Notes: generated by a model not told the origin, from the sequence alone. DNA of 37,775 nucleotides from an uncultured bacterium (GCA_964573245.1 CAZNJA010000010.1:1-37775), one strand, 5' to 3'; positions 8,425-19,084 are shown, counted from the stretch's first letter. Program-made: numbers and translations.

Positions 8425-10132
8425 TGCTGGGCATATTTGTCCTATTATTTTTTGTACTCTCTGTTTTCCCTTTTTCGGTGCTCTCAAATTTTCCCGTTTC
8501 TGCCAGAGGTGTTTTTTTCACTTGTTCCCCTATTTTACCGGGCAGCATCGCAACAATTTCTCTTTCCTTCAGCCCGCTCCTTATCTCTACCATATCGGTG
8601 CTGCTGCTGCCGAGCGCAACTTCTCTAATTTCAATCCTGTTCCCTTTAAGAACAGCGCACACGGATTTCCCTTCTCTTTGTGATATCACCGTCAGAGGGA
8701 CGACCAAAACATCTTCTAATTTTTCGACTAGGATTTCTACTTCTGCGGATAAGCCCGGCTTTAGGCGAGCAAGATTCTGCCCATCTCTGTCAAGAGAAAT
8801 TTCGACAAGATAGACATTAAGGTCGGGATTCATCCACTTGAAAGTGGCATCAGGGAAAGCGGCAACTTTTTTAACTTCTCCTGTAAATTGCTCCCTGCCG
8901 CGAGCATCCACTTTTACGATAGCTTGCTGTTGGGGTTTTATTTTTTCTATCGAAGCCTCATGAATCTTAACTTCCACACCCATACTGCTGAAATCCGGGA
9001 GGTTTAATAAATCCTGCCTATAATAAACATTTGTGCCGGGTTGAATCGGGTCTTGCGAGCGCCAGGGATTGCTGCTTGTCGCATATGTAACAAGACCCGG
9101 CTGTGTTGCCCTGATCGTGCATTTGGCAATGTTCTCTTCTACCTCTGACAGGTTGTTTTTACGCTCTAAATATGTGGCTTCTTTACTCTTAACATCCGCT
9201 TCTGCCTTAATAATCTCCGATTCGCATTTGGCTTGTGTCCTATCCAACTCTTTTATGGATTCCTGATAATTGGAAAGAAGCAACGCCACCTGTTTGGGGA
9301 AGTCATAATCCAGAAAAAGTTGATATGCTAATTTAGCACTTTCCAAAGAAGCTTCTTTTTGTTGAAGTGAAAATCGGTCCGCATCCAACTCACTTTTTGT
9401 TATATATTCTTTTTCGGCTAACTTTTCACTCCATTGGACGGTGTCTTGCGCCCGGGCAACCTCCTCCTTTGCAAGTTCTATATTGTTTTCGAGTTCCCTT
9501 TTTTTGTTAAGGGCTTCCCCTTCCAGTTTCGGATTTGCTATTAAGGCGACAAAGTCTATACTTTCGTCCTCATTTATAATAAGCTCACCGGCTAATTCTT
9601 CCCCTAAGTATTTTTCTAAATCTATCTTTTCGAATTTGACATTCAGCTGTGCCTGTTTGATATCGCTGTCATTCTGCTTCCTCTGTATCTCGAGATTCTG
9701 CTGTGCCTGTGTGTAAGAAGACAAACTGTTTTCCACGGTTATCCTAAGTTCTTCCGCGCGGTCTTCCAAATCCTTAGAATCAAGTTTAATGAGAATTTTA
9801 CTGTCCTGAATATCCTGTTCGGTAATCAGAACTCCTTCATCGACCACTTCAAGAATATTCCTCTGTCCCGGGACATCGTTGGTAATCTTCTGGGAACGAA
9901 GCGCTTTGAGACTCCCGCCTTCCATGACGGATATAACCAGATTCTGTCTTTTCACCTGGTAAGTAATAAGTCCCTCCATCCTCTTTTTATTTTGAATAAA
10001 CCCGTTAAGAAGCAAGATTAAACATATCAAAACGATCCCGCTTACAAAGAAAAACTTTCTTTTACCATACAGTGTCTTATTCCATACAAAATCGAGATAG
10101 GATTTAGTATTCTTCGCCACTGATTTTCTCAT
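8417..10132 (-). CDS. Efflux periplasmic adaptor (MFP) with very long coiled-coil hairpin
   Basis: N-terminal TM, long helical segment, CTIRATQPGLV, LKPGLSAEVEI and VEIRSGLKERE motifs; start MRKSV after AAGGAG. Confidence 0.9.
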   Translation of the reverse strand: MRKSVAKNTKSYLDFVWNKTLYGKRKFFFVSGIVLICLILLLNGFIQNKKRMEGLITYQVKRQNLVISVMEGGSLKALRSQKITNDVPGQRNILEVVDEGVLITEQDIQDSKILIKLDSKDLEDRAEELRITVENSLSSYTQAQQNLEIQRKQNDSDIKQAQLNVKFEKIDLEKYLGEELAGELIINEDESIDFVALIANPKLEGEALNKKRELENNIELAKEEVARAQDTVQWSEKLAEKEYITKSELDADRFSLQQKEASLESAKLAYQLFLDYDFPKQVALLLSNYQESIKELDRTQAKCESEIIKAEADVKSKEATYLERKNNLSEVEENIAKCTIRATQPGLVTYATSSNPWRSQDPIQPGTNVYYRQDLLNLPDFSSMGVEVKIHEASIEKIKPQQQAIVKVDARGREQFTGEVKKVAAFPDATFKWMNPDLNVYLVEISLDRDGQNLARLKPGLSAEVEILVEKLEDVLVVPLTVISQREGKSVCAVLKGNRIEIREVALGSSSTDMVEIRSGLKEREIVAMLPGKIGEQVKKTPLAETGKFESTEKGKTESTKNNRTNMPSNE

Positions 10133-11741
10133 AAAGGTCTCCTTTCCATACTCCGCTTTCATCAATTTCTAAAGTTTCGGTGTCCCTTAAAAACTCCAGA
10201 TAAGAAACCAAATAGTTTACAATTGCACTTGACAGGGAATTTTTCGCATTCAGATATGCTTCCTGGGCTTCCAATAAATCTCTCGTGGTAGCCCTTCCGG
10301 CCTGAAGCAGCAAATCAGTCCCTTCAACTCTTTTTTGCGCAAGTTCAACACTTTTTCCCTGTATCAGATAGCTTTGGTAAGCTTCCTCCAGATTCCTGCA
10401 CAGATTAAGTATTTCAAGTTTTATGGAGTCTTCCGTATTTCCCACATTACGTTTAGCCCTGTCAAAATTAATCAAGGCTTGCACGTACGTGTTCCTTTCT
10501 TCGACTTTGTTTACGGGAAGCTCCCAATCCAATCCTGCCGTATAATAAGGTTTTTCAAAATCGTCCAATTCGAAAGAAAGTTTATTTTCTGAAAGCGGCG
10601 AACGCGTTTCAACGCCGAGTTTTAAATCAAGTTGTGTTCTCAAGGCACTCAAAGCCACATCCGCATTTCTTTTGCTGTCTTCCAATCGGTCGCGGGACGT
10701 GAGCAAATCAAGCCGTTTGTCAAGGGCCAATTTAATAGAATCCGCAGGGTCTATCTGTATTTGTGCTATCCCCTTGTCCAAAAACCGTTCCAACCCCTTC
10801 TCTTCAACCATAATATTCGCATCCGGGGACAGCCCCAAAAATATTTTAAATTCATCCAAAAGCCGCTGGTAGTTATTATTCGCGCTAATCCAGCTTTGGT
10901 TCGCCCTATATTCGTCCTGCCTTGTTTGGTCCACTCCCATGGGAGTCTCCCTACCGGCTTCGGAAAGCATTTCTATCCTTTCCCTTGTTTGCTTTAAGTA
11001 AGTGTAATTCGTACGGTAATTTTCAAGAGTGTTCTTCGTTTCTAAAAGAGTGTAATATTTATCCGCAACGGTTACGGAAAAATCCCGCTGGTATTTCAAG
11101 AATGTCCTTATCTGATAAATGGCATCTCTTTCCGCCTGAATTAAATCTGCTTGGGCAACGCTTCTGCCCGCACCTCTGAAAAGCGGCTGCAAGACATCCA
11201 ATCCGACAACCGTTTGGAAATTTTCGGCACTGTCTTCGACCATCAGGTCTCGGGAATATTCCTCTACAACGTTCAATGAAATCTGTGTGCCCTGCGCAAG
11301 CCATTGAATAAGGCCCAAATTCAAATCCGCGCTTATATCCTTTGTGTTTTCGTCCGCCGTCCACGTTACCGAACCGCCAACTCCGTATCTTAAATGATAA
11401 GAATGCCTGCGCGAAACCAAAGATAAAGTTTGAAGATATACATCCTCTTTCGCAGTTTGATAGTCGCGGTTATTTCTGGTGGCTATAATAAGAGCGTCTT
11501 TGAGAGTTAACGGGACCCCTTCGCTTATCAATTCTTTATCTTTTTTGGAATCGATATCCCAAGGAATTTTTTCGGTGGTGACTTCTTTTGTTTTTCTCTC
11601 CAGTATTTTATAAACTTCCTTATTTACAGAATTTCTCATACGCGAAGAGGCGCATCCCGTCAACAAGAAAATCGTGGATGCCGCTATCAAAGGTTTAAGA
11701 TACCTATGATAACCTCGTTTATTTGTGCAAATTTTAGGCAT
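10104..11741 (-). CDS. TolC family outer-membrane efflux lipoprotein
   Basis: Lipobox LTGC; LTLKDALIIA, QPLFRGAG and AGRATTRDLLEAQ motifs; first gene of the MFP/ABC operon. Confidence 0.9.
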   Translation of the reverse strand: MPKICTNKRGYHRYLKPLIAASTIFLLTGCASSRMRNSVNKEVYKILERKTKEVTTEKIPWDIDSKKDKELISEGVPLTLKDALIIATRNNRDYQTAKEDVYLQTLSLVSRRHSYHLRYGVGGSVTWTADENTKDISADLNLGLIQWLAQGTQISLNVVEEYSRDLMVEDSAENFQTVVGLDVLQPLFRGAGRSVAQADLIQAERDAIYQIRTFLKYQRDFSVTVADKYYTLLETKNTLENYRTNYTYLKQTRERIEMLSEAGRETPMGVDQTRQDEYRANQSWISANNNYQRLLDEFKIFLGLSPDANIMVEEKGLERFLDKGIAQIQIDPADSIKLALDKRLDLLTSRDRLEDSKRNADVALSALRTQLDLKLGVETRSPLSENKLSFELDDFEKPYYTAGLDWELPVNKVEERNTYVQALINFDRAKRNVGNTEDSIKLEILNLCRNLEEAYQSYLIQGKSVELAQKRVEGTDLLLQAGRATTRDLLEAQEAYLNAKNSLSSAIVNYLVSYLEFLRDTETLEIDESGVWKGDLYEKISGEEY

Positions 11742-11838
11742 AAAATTATTTTTCCGATTTTGTTAAAACAGTTTATTGCTTATAGTTCCAAAATTGTAGC
11801 ATAATGCGGCTGATTTGGCATTACCATCTTCTGGATTT

Positions 11839-12663
11839 TTACGGCGGAGGATTTCCCCTCTGTGGCATTCCTCCGCCGAACATGGGAGGCTGCATGTTCC
11901 GCATCAATTCTTGCACTTGCTTTGTAAACTCTTCTGTGTTTTCAACTTTGAATTGTTCAGCGAGAGTTTTCCATTGGTAAGAATTATATTCACTGTATAA
12001 TTCTCTAAGCGTGTTTCCTTCTGTAGCAATTGTCTGTCTCAATGCTTCCCGTTCTTCATTGGATGCAGTTCTCCATTTGTCCTGCAGGTCGAATAAATTA
12101 ATGGAAGCATCTCTTATTTCTGCCAATATCCCTGCTTCATACTCCGTTTTCGCTTGAGATATGCGGCTATCCATTGCTGAATAAGTCCTTTCTTTTATTG
12201 CGGCGGCAAAATTTTCCATCTGTTCAGGAGTGAATTCCCTCCCTCTTCGCTGCTGTGACGGTTCCGGCTCGATAAGTTGTTCTCTTAGCAGTTCGTTATA
12301 CGCCTCCTGCAACAGTGCATATTCTTCTTTTAATGCGTTATATTCGTCCGAATATGCTTCCAGTTCTCCCCCAGTTTTTTGATTTTCACTTTCAAGTGAC
12401 TCTTTATCCAATATCTGGAATTCGTTTAGAGTATTAATCATTGCTTTAAGTTGTTTATTCTCGTTCTCCAAACGCAATCGGGTTTCTTCCGTTTCATTTA
12501 ATCGGGATTGCAAATTAGCATTTTGCTGTTTTAATTTCGTTAAAGAAGAAAGAACGTTTTTTGAAGCGCCGTATCCGGCGATAGATATTATTGTCAAAAC
12601 AATGATTCCCAAACCAAGCGCGCCAATAACCAAATAAAATATAAAGTTCTTCGGTTGTCGCAC
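11839..12663 (-). CDS. Hypothetical membrane-anchored coiled-coil protein
   Basis: N-terminal TM, long heptad-rich region and Gly/Pro/Met-rich tail; GTG start after GGAGG. Confidence 0.75.
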   Translation of the reverse strand: MRQPKNFIFYLVIGALGLGIIVLTIISIAGYGASKNVLSSLTKLKQQNANLQSRLNETEETRLRLENENKQLKAMINTLNEFQILDKESLESENQKTGGELEAYSDEYNALKEEYALLQEAYNELLREQLIEPEPSQQRRGREFTPEQMENFAAAIKERTYSAMDSRISQAKTEYEAGILAEIRDASINLFDLQDKWRTASNEEREALRQTIATEGNTLRELYSEYNSYQWKTLAEQFKVENTEEFTKQVQELMRNMQPPMFGGGMPQRGNPPP

Positions 12664-12675
12664 AACTGCCTCCGT

Positions 12676-13671
12676 TCAAAATTCGTTGTCTGCTTCGTCT
12701 CCGAGATAGGAGTTGTCTTTCAAAAGATAATTTTTCACATAGTTCGATACGGACTCTTGAAGAGTATGAATTTTCTTTTTATATCCCTCTTCTTTTAATT
12801 TCGTCATATCGGCTTGAGTAAAATATTGATATTTATCTTCTATTGAATCCGGCATATCTATGTATTCTATCTTGATATCTTTACCCATAGATTCAAAGAC
12901 CGCTTTTACAAGTTCGTTGAAACTTCGCGCTTTTCCTGTCCCGATATTGAAAATTCCATTTGCTTTTTTGTTTTCGGATATAAACAGCGTCATATCTGCC
13001 GCGTCTTTCACGTACACAAAATCCCTTAACTGCTCCCCATCTTTATATTGGGACTTAAGCGATTTGAAAAGTTTGACCTTTCCGTCTCGTTTTATTTGCT
13101 CGAACGCCTGCAATATCATGCTTCTCATACTTCCTTTGTGATATTCGTTTGGACCGAAGCAATTGAAATATTTTAATCCTGCTATTTTTTCCAGCAACTC
13201 CTGCCTATAAGCCCATAAATCGAAGGAGTGTTTAGAATGGGCATATGGATTCAATGGCTTCAATTGTTCAAGTTGAGAGTGTTCGTCTGAAAAGCCCTGT
13301 TTTCCGTCTCCGTATGTTGCAGCAGAAGAAGCATATACAAATCTTTTGTTATTATTGACACACCATATCGCAAGTTTTTTTGTATATTCAAAATTATTTT
13401 GAGTAAGGTATTCGACATCATAAACGGTTGTAGAACTTTCCGCACCCAGGTGGATTATCTCGCCTATCTTGTCGGAGAGCCTGCCTTGCTGTAATTTTTC
13501 GATGAATTCATCTTTATCTATAAAATCCTCAAATTTTAAGCGAGCGAGATTCTTAATTTTGTTTTGTTTGTCGCTGTCATCAACAATCAAAATATCACTC
13601 TTCCCACCTTTATTAAGCGCCCAGACAATAGCACTGCCGATAAACCCTGCTGCTCCGGTTACTATAATCAT
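12676..13671 (-). CDS. hldD: ADP-L-glycero-D-manno-heptose 6-epimerase
   Basis: MIIVTGAAGFIGS, YASSAATYG, PLNPYAHSK, YFNCFGPNEYHKGSM and YQYFTQAD motifs; true start at 13671. Confidence 0.95.
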   Translation of the reverse strand: MIIVTGAAGFIGSAIVWALNKGGKSDILIVDDSDKQNKIKNLARLKFEDFIDKDEFIEKLQQGRLSDKIGEIIHLGAESSTTVYDVEYLTQNNFEYTKKLAIWCVNNNKRFVYASSAATYGDGKQGFSDEHSQLEQLKPLNPYAHSKHSFDLWAYRQELLEKIAGLKYFNCFGPNEYHKGSMRSMILQAFEQIKRDGKVKLFKSLKSQYKDGEQLRDFVYVKDAADMTLFISENKKANGIFNIGTGKARSFNELVKAVFESMGKDIKIEYIDMPDSIEDKYQYFTQADMTKLKEEGYKKKIHTLQESVSNYVKNYLLKDNSYLGDEADNEF

Positions 13672-13702
13672 ATTTTTAGGTTTTAAAGAAGTTATATGCA
13701 AA

Positions 13703-14086
13703 TCATAAGTAAAATTCCTTGCCATATTTTGTAAATGTTTCCGCCATAATAAATTTTTCATCCTTATTTTTAAGTATAGTGTTCTTTGCCGAAAGGTATC
13801 TGGATGGTTTTTTATAGTCGGGGAATTTATAATATTTAATATTTTCATATAAATGTAGAGGCTGAGTTTTAATCTGTCCCATAGTTTTATCGTTTGGAAG
13901 TTTTTCCCAAACCGAGCCCCATTCATCTTCCCATTTGGTTTTAGTGCTGAGTTTTGGATTAAATAAAGGGTTAGGGTCCGTGTTAACCCATAAAAAGTCG
14001 GAACTCCAAGGTTTGGGAAAATCAAAGGGGATTCTATCTGGCCCCTGGAAGAGAATCGCCTTTTTTACTCTGTTTTTAGATGTCAT
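13703..14086 (-). pseudogene. Truncated uroporphyrinogen decarboxylase (UroD/MtaA)-family protein, N-terminal third only
   Basis: MTSKNRVKKAILFQGPDRIP, EDEWGSVW and GQIKTQPL...YKFPD are typical of the family N-terminus; ends at 127 aa. Confidence 0.65.
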
Positions 14087-14592
14087 TTATATAAAGACTG
14101 AAAATGTTGAATCGAGCCCATCCCTGCAATTGATAGAACTGTTACTATTATTCCTGCAAGGAGTATTCCAACAAGAATTGCTATAAGCGAATATTTAAAA
14201 TTGAGTTTAAAAAGCACTGCTGCTGCACATCCGGACCAAGCGCCCGTAAAAGGGAGCGGGATTGCGACAAAAAATGCCAATCCTATCGCCTCGTATTTTT
14301 CGACTATCTTCGCCCTCCTTTTTGTTCTTTCGAAAAACCAGTCAAAGAATTTTTTAAAAGGCGCACACTTGCTTAAAAATTCCCTGACGGGTTTAAGAAA
14401 AAGGAGTAAAGGTATTACAGGAATAAAGTTTCCAAAAACTGCCAGGAGAAAACTTTTAAGAATTGAGAAATGGTAAAGAGCAAGACCTACGGGTATTCCT
14501 CCGCGCAATTCGGACACAGGTAGCGCGGAGATAATAATTACGATTAATTCTTCGGGAAAACCCTGAAGTATTTGAACAAGTTTTTCCATCAT
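14083..14592 (-). CDS. Small multi-drug export family membrane protein (COG2426)
   Basis: LPVSELRGGIP and FVAIPLPFTGAWSG motifs. Confidence 0.9.
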   Translation of the reverse strand: MMEKLVQILQGFPEELIVIIISALPVSELRGGIPVGLALYHFSILKSFLLAVFGNFIPVIPLLLFLKPVREFLSKCAPFKKFFDWFFERTKRRAKIVEKYEAIGLAFFVAIPLPFTGAWSGCAAAVLFKLNFKYSLIAILVGILLAGIIVTVLSIAGMGSIQHFQSLYK

Positions 14593-14615
14593 TTTCTTTT
14601 AAAAATTTTGCATTT

Positions 14616-15305
14616 TTAATTTTTGATATTTAATTTATTGTTATCCCATCCGTATTTTCCTATCAAAGGCACAAACATGCACCCACAAATAGTTCTCTGC
14701 GTCAATTCGCCTTTTGTTTTTCGCGCAACAATCAAATCCTGGGAAAAAGAATTTCCTATTGGGATAACGATTCTGCCATTTTCCGAAAGTTGTTCGATTA
14801 AAGGCTTGGGCATTTGCGGCGAACCCGCCGTTACTATAATCCCGTCATAAGGGGCGTGCTCACTCCAACCTTCGGTTCCGTCGCCTATTTTCACCTTTAT
14901 GTTCTTATGTCCTAATTCTTTAAAAATTTTTTCGGATTTTAAACCAAGAGATTCTATTTTTTCTACGGTATAAACTTCTTTTGCGATTCTGCTTAAAACC
15001 GCCGACTGATATCCGGACCCCGTGCCGATTTCCAAAACTTTTTCATGTTTTTTAAGATTAAGTGCTTGGGTCATTAAGGCCACCATATAAGGCTGGGAAA
15101 TTGTTTGAGATTCTCCTATAGGGAGGGGAAAATCCTCATAAGCATATTCTCTTTGTTGTTCCGGAATGAATAGATGTCTTGGGATTTTTCTTAAGGCGGT
15201 CAATACCTCTTTGCCATTTATTCCCCGCGCTTTTATCTGAACGCTTAACATATTCTCTCGCAACATTTTATATTGTTCTTCATTAAACATGGACGGTTCT
15301 GTCAT
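14616..15305 (-). CDS. pcm: Protein-L-isoaspartate O-methyltransferase
   Basis: QTISQPYMVA, VLEIGTGSGYQ, APYDGIIVTA and FVPLIG motifs. Confidence 0.96.
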   Translation of the reverse strand: MTEPSMFNEEQYKMLRENMLSVQIKARGINGKEVLTALRKIPRHLFIPEQQREYAYEDFPLPIGESQTISQPYMVALMTQALNLKKHEKVLEIGTGSGYQSAVLSRIAKEVYTVEKIESLGLKSEKIFKELGHKNIKVKIGDGTEGWSEHAPYDGIIVTAGSPQMPKPLIEQLSENGRIVIPIGNSFSQDLIVARKTKGELTQRTICGCMFVPLIGKYGWDNNKLNIKN

Positions 15306-15985
15306 TGTAGGTTTTTCAGGACAAATCGGAAAAACCTCAAACTATCGATAAGCGGGTTGATTTTGCTTCTTTTCGTTGAATCCGTATGGTAAACGGTAGA
15401 AATAGGAATCTCCTTAATTGTGAAACCCCTGCGCGCGGATTTTATTATAACTTCGGATTCTATTTCGAAATTAGAAGCAGACAGGTCTATTTTTTTAAGC
15501 ACTCCTGTCGATATGAGCCTGAAACCTGATTGGCTGTCAGTAACGCTGCATTTACCCACAACAGAAGTGAGAAAAGATGTGAAATGGTTTGTGGCGTATC
15601 TTATAAAAGGCATTCCCGACCGCCTTGCGCAAGCAAGCATTCTTGAACCGACTATAATATCAGCATCGCCTTTTTTATATTCCTCTATAAAATTCGGAAT
15701 TTCGCTGTATTTGTGTTGCCCGTCACCGTCTAAAGTGATGACTGCATCGCAATTCTGCTCTTTTATATAAGTAAAGCCTGTTCGTAGCGCCGCGCCTTTG
15801 CCTTTGTTTTCCCCGTGTTTTAAAACAAGCGCACCTGCTTTTTCGGCTTCTTCGCATGTGCAATCGACAGAGCCGTCGTCAATTACAATTATTTTGGAAA
15901 CGCCATCCAGTTTTTGGATTCGGGAAACCAACTGCCCTATTTTCCCGCTCTCGTTATAAGCGGCAATTAATATGCATATTTTCAT
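15302..15985 (-). CDS. Glycosyltransferase family 2 (DPM1-like)
   Basis: AYNE, IDDGSVD, NKGKGAAL, LDGDGQH and DSQSGFR motifs. Confidence 0.93.
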   Translation of the reverse strand: MKICILIAAYNESGKIGQLVSRIQKLDGVSKIIVIDDGSVDCTCEEAEKAGALVLKHGENKGKGAALRTGFTYIKEQNCDAVITLDGDGQHKYSEIPNFIEEYKKGDADIIVGSRMLACARRSGMPFIRYATNHFTSFLTSVVGKCSVTDSQSGFRLISTGVLKKIDLSASNFEIESEVIIKSARRGFTIKEIPISTVYHTDSTKRSKINPLIDSLRFFRFVLKNLQ

Positions 15986-16006
15986 GTATATCCTTTTTTA
16001 TCCTAA

Positions 16007-16888
16007 TCAACCCCATACTTCCTCGAAAACGCACCATTGCTCGGGATAAAGCCGAACATATTTTTCTATCACAGAAGCTATTTTTTGTGTGTTTATCTTA
16101 ATGAATTCTTCTTTGTCTTTGCATCTTTCAACTTTTATGGGGCTTTCAAAATGAAGCGTGTATTTATTGTCCTTTTCTCTTACAGTAAAACCGGGAAGGA
16201 CTAACGCTTGAGTCCAATACGCCAAAATCGCGGGTCCTTTCGGAAAATAAGCTTTCCTGCCGAAAAAATTCACTTCCACTCCCGCAAGTTTATTTATAGT
16301 TTTGTCCGTTATATCGCGTGAAAACCCGATGTTCCTATCCCCGACTATAGCCAAAACTTCCCCCCTTTTTAATCTCCGTACCCCTTCTATCAAATTCTGT
16401 CCAAGAAATATAGATTTGAGCCCCTTTTCCAAACGTTGTTTGAAAAATATATTATTCACGAACTTATTCCTTTGGGGTAAAACGATTGCAGAAATAGGGT
16501 ATCCCATAAGAGAAAGGACTGTGCCGCCCAACTCCCAATTGCCGATATGAGCTGTAAGGGCTATAACTCCCTTTTTCTTTTTGTAGGCTTCATCGAAATA
16601 CTTTTTGTTTACGGTTCTCACCCAATTTTTCCAGTTATCCTTATTTAGTTGGGAGATAAACAAAAAATCCGCCAAGGACTTTGAAAAATTATGGAACATA
16701 GTTCTTGCGACTTTATGCTTGCTTTTTTCTAGCGGGATTTTATCGAAATTAGAAAGAACTGTTCTTCTGTTTTTTTTATGGAACAAAAAATACATATCCG
16801 AAACTCTCAATCCTATCCAATGTTTCAGGGGAGTAGGAAAAGAAACAGCTAAAAATCTGGCACATAAATATAAGATATATTCCAGCAT
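16007..16888 (-). CDS. LpxL/HtrB-like lysophospholipid acyltransferase
   Basis: TAHIGNWE, VGDR, FFGRKAYFPKGP and YPEQW motifs. Confidence 0.9.
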   Translation of the reverse strand: MLEYILYLCARFLAVSFPTPLKHWIGLRVSDMYFLFHKKNRRTVLSNFDKIPLEKSKHKVARTMFHNFSKSLADFLFISQLNKDNWKNWVRTVNKKYFDEAYKKKKGVIALTAHIGNWELGGTVLSLMGYPISAIVLPQRNKFVNNIFFKQRLEKGLKSIFLGQNLIEGVRRLKRGEVLAIVGDRNIGFSRDITDKTINKLAGVEVNFFGRKAYFPKGPAILAYWTQALVLPGFTVREKDNKYTLHFESPIKVERCKDKEEFIKINTQKIASVIEKYVRLYPEQWCVFEEVWG

Positions 16889-16999
16889 TTTTAAAAGAAT
16901 AATTGTTTGATACTATCGGAAATCGCGTAAGTTACGTTTCCATAGTCATCGTCTTTTTGCTAGAATGGATTATAACAGCAAAAGGAGCTTAAATCCAAG

Positions 17000-18277
17000 A
17001 TGAGCGTTGGCAAAGAGCTATACAAAAAAATAAGCAAAATCCCGATACTAGACATCCACACTCATGTCGATTTTCAAAACCCTTTCGCAAAAAATGCATG
17101 GCAAATATTAAGCTATCATTATTTTACGGAAATGGCTCACAGCCAAGGTATGCCGAGCGAAATAGTCGAATCGAAAAAAATTTCCGACAAAGAAAAAACG
17201 GAAAAACTTTCGAAATACCTGCCTTATATGCAGACAACCCAACCTTATTTCTGGCTAATGGCGCTATCAAAAAAACTGTTCGATTTCCCCTATTCGCAAC
17301 TTAGCCCCCAAAACTGGAAAGTTCTCTGGGAATGCGTAGAAAAAAAAGCTAAAAAAACCAACAGATTGCGCGAGATTAGTAAACTTTCCAACATAGAGAA
17401 CATATCAACTACCAATCTTCCTTGGGAAAATTTAGACGGCATAGAAAAACATAAAAACAAGAAAGGCAAGCAATTTTTTGTTCCCACTTTTAGAGTGGAT
17501 TCGCTCTTAACCGCCGATAAAACCACGATAAAAAATCTTGAAGAAGCAACCTGTGCAAAAATATCGAATCTTGAAGATTACGAAAAAGCCATAAGCAAAA
17601 GACTGGCATATTTCGTTAAAAAAGGCGCGAAATCGCTTGCGACATCCTTGAATTCGACCCCTCTAACGATACGCGTCGAAAAGAAACAGGCTCGCATAAT
17701 TTTCAAAAAACTTTCAAAAGGCAAATCAAACGATTCAGCTGAATTTTCCGCTTACATGCTGGATTTTCTTTCGAATCTATGCGAAAAAAATAAACTTCCT
17801 TTCCAGTTGATGCTCGGAGTAGAAAGAAATGTTTACTCCAAAGGTGTTCCCGGCGGCAAAGACGTTTTCTGGCCCGATGGTAATCTTTTGGGTCTTAAGT
17901 ATCTTTTGAACAAATACCCTAAAGTAAAATTTCCGATTTCCGTCCTTTCTTTTACTGAGGATAAGGAACTTGCGGTTTACGCGAGAATATTTCCGAATGT
18001 ATATGCTTCAGGACACTGGTGGTTTGAGAACACTTTTGAATCCATAAAAACAAATCTGAAAAATCGTTTAAGGCTCGTGCCTCATCAAAAAATGATAGGA
18101 CAATATTCCGATGCATACACTTTAGAACTCATAGAAACGAAGATAGATATGTATAAACGTGCTTTGAGCGATGTTTTGGAGGAATACGTCAAAGAAAAAA
18201 GCATAGACGCCGAAACGGCTATAGATATTGCCGAAGATCTGCTGTATAACGAGCCCAAAAGAATCTTTAGTTTATAA
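17000..18277 (+). CDS. uxaC: Glucuronate isomerase (amidohydrolase fold)
   Basis: PILDIHTH, YHYFTEMAHSQG, PTFRVD, GHWWF and SDAY motifs. Confidence 0.85.
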   Translation: MSVGKELYKKISKIPILDIHTHVDFQNPFAKNAWQILSYHYFTEMAHSQGMPSEIVESKKISDKEKTEKLSKYLPYMQTTQPYFWLMALSKKLFDFPYSQLSPQNWKVLWECVEKKAKKTNRLREISKLSNIENISTTNLPWENLDGIEKHKNKKGKQFFVPTFRVDSLLTADKTTIKNLEEATCAKISNLEDYEKAISKRLAYFVKKGAKSLATSLNSTPLTIRVEKKQARIIFKKLSKGKSNDSAEFSAYMLDFLSNLCEKNKLPFQLMLGVERNVYSKGVPGGKDVFWPDGNLLGLKYLLNKYPKVKFPISVLSFTEDKELAVYARIFPNVYASGHWWFENTFESIKTNLKNRLRLVPHQKMIGQYSDAYTLELIETKIDMYKRALSDVLEEYVKEKSIDAETAIDIAEDLLYNEPKRIFSL

Positions 18278-18307
18278 AATATTATTCGTTTCAACTCTTA
18301 ACAAAGA

Positions 18308-19045
18308 ATGGCAATAGAAAAACACCAATATTTAATGAGAAACCGCAAAATAAAAATCGGTTTTTATTATTGGCTCAAAAACACAATCCTCAGTCCTTTG
18401 ATAAATCGACTTTTAGATATACAAGCCATAGGACTGGAAAATGTTCCAAAACAGCCCTGTATAATCGTTACACATCATTGCCTATATTTTGACTCTTCCG
18501 TGATAGGCGTTAGCCTTGACAGAAAAATACACGGATGGATAGATGAAGACGCTTTTTCAAAACCCGGATTAAGAATTTTAAGTACTATGCTTGAGCAAGT
18601 ACCCGTCAAGACAGGGGGGCAAGCAACCCGAAAAGATTACAAAAGGACTAAGGAAATGAGTATTGTGTGGCTAAAGAACACCAAGGACCTCGTCGCTTTG
18701 ACAAATGACGGGGCATCAAGATATCTTTTTGACGGAAACGGTAATATAAAAGACCTTTCTTCCAGAATGAATTATTCCGGGGCTGCCAATTTGGGGATGG
18801 AGACAAACGTTCCTATTATTCCTACCGCCCTCTGGATTCCCCCCAAACATCAGAAAGAATTGTTCGTTTCAAAAGGATTAAGAAGTATAAACTATATGGA
18901 AAGGAATAAAAAAATTCCTTATCTTATTTATTTTTCAAAACCACTATATCCTTCCCAATACAAAAGCAGGAAAGATTTACAGGAAGACATAAGGAAAAAA
19001 CAGTTGGAATCTTACGAAAAGATTTCCAATAAATCCGCTCGCTAA
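18308..19045 (+). CDS. PlsC-like acyltransferase (divergent)
   Basis: GLENVPKQPCIIVTHHCLYFD (HX4D) and VPIIP motifs. Confidence 0.75.
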   Translation: MAIEKHQYLMRNRKIKIGFYYWLKNTILSPLINRLLDIQAIGLENVPKQPCIIVTHHCLYFDSSVIGVSLDRKIHGWIDEDAFSKPGLRILSTMLEQVPVKTGGQATRKDYKRTKEMSIVWLKNTKDLVALTNDGASRYLFDGNGNIKDLSSRMNYSGAANLGMETNVPIIPTALWIPPKHQKELFVSKGLRSINYMERNKKIPYLIYFSKPLYPSQYKSRKDLQEDIRKKQLESYEKISNKSAR

Positions 19046-19084
19046 AAATTTTGGGATGAGCATAAGAACAATATAATTTTAAAT

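Noticed and set aside
13672-14025. 118-aa N-terminal extension of hldD in the ORF track
   Set aside because: It overlaps the UroD-like ORF in another frame, and HldD family similarity begins at MIIVTG.
15614-15640. Palindrome CTTGCGCAAG inside the GT2 gene as a possible insertion
   Set aside because: It is only 10 bp and compatible with chance.
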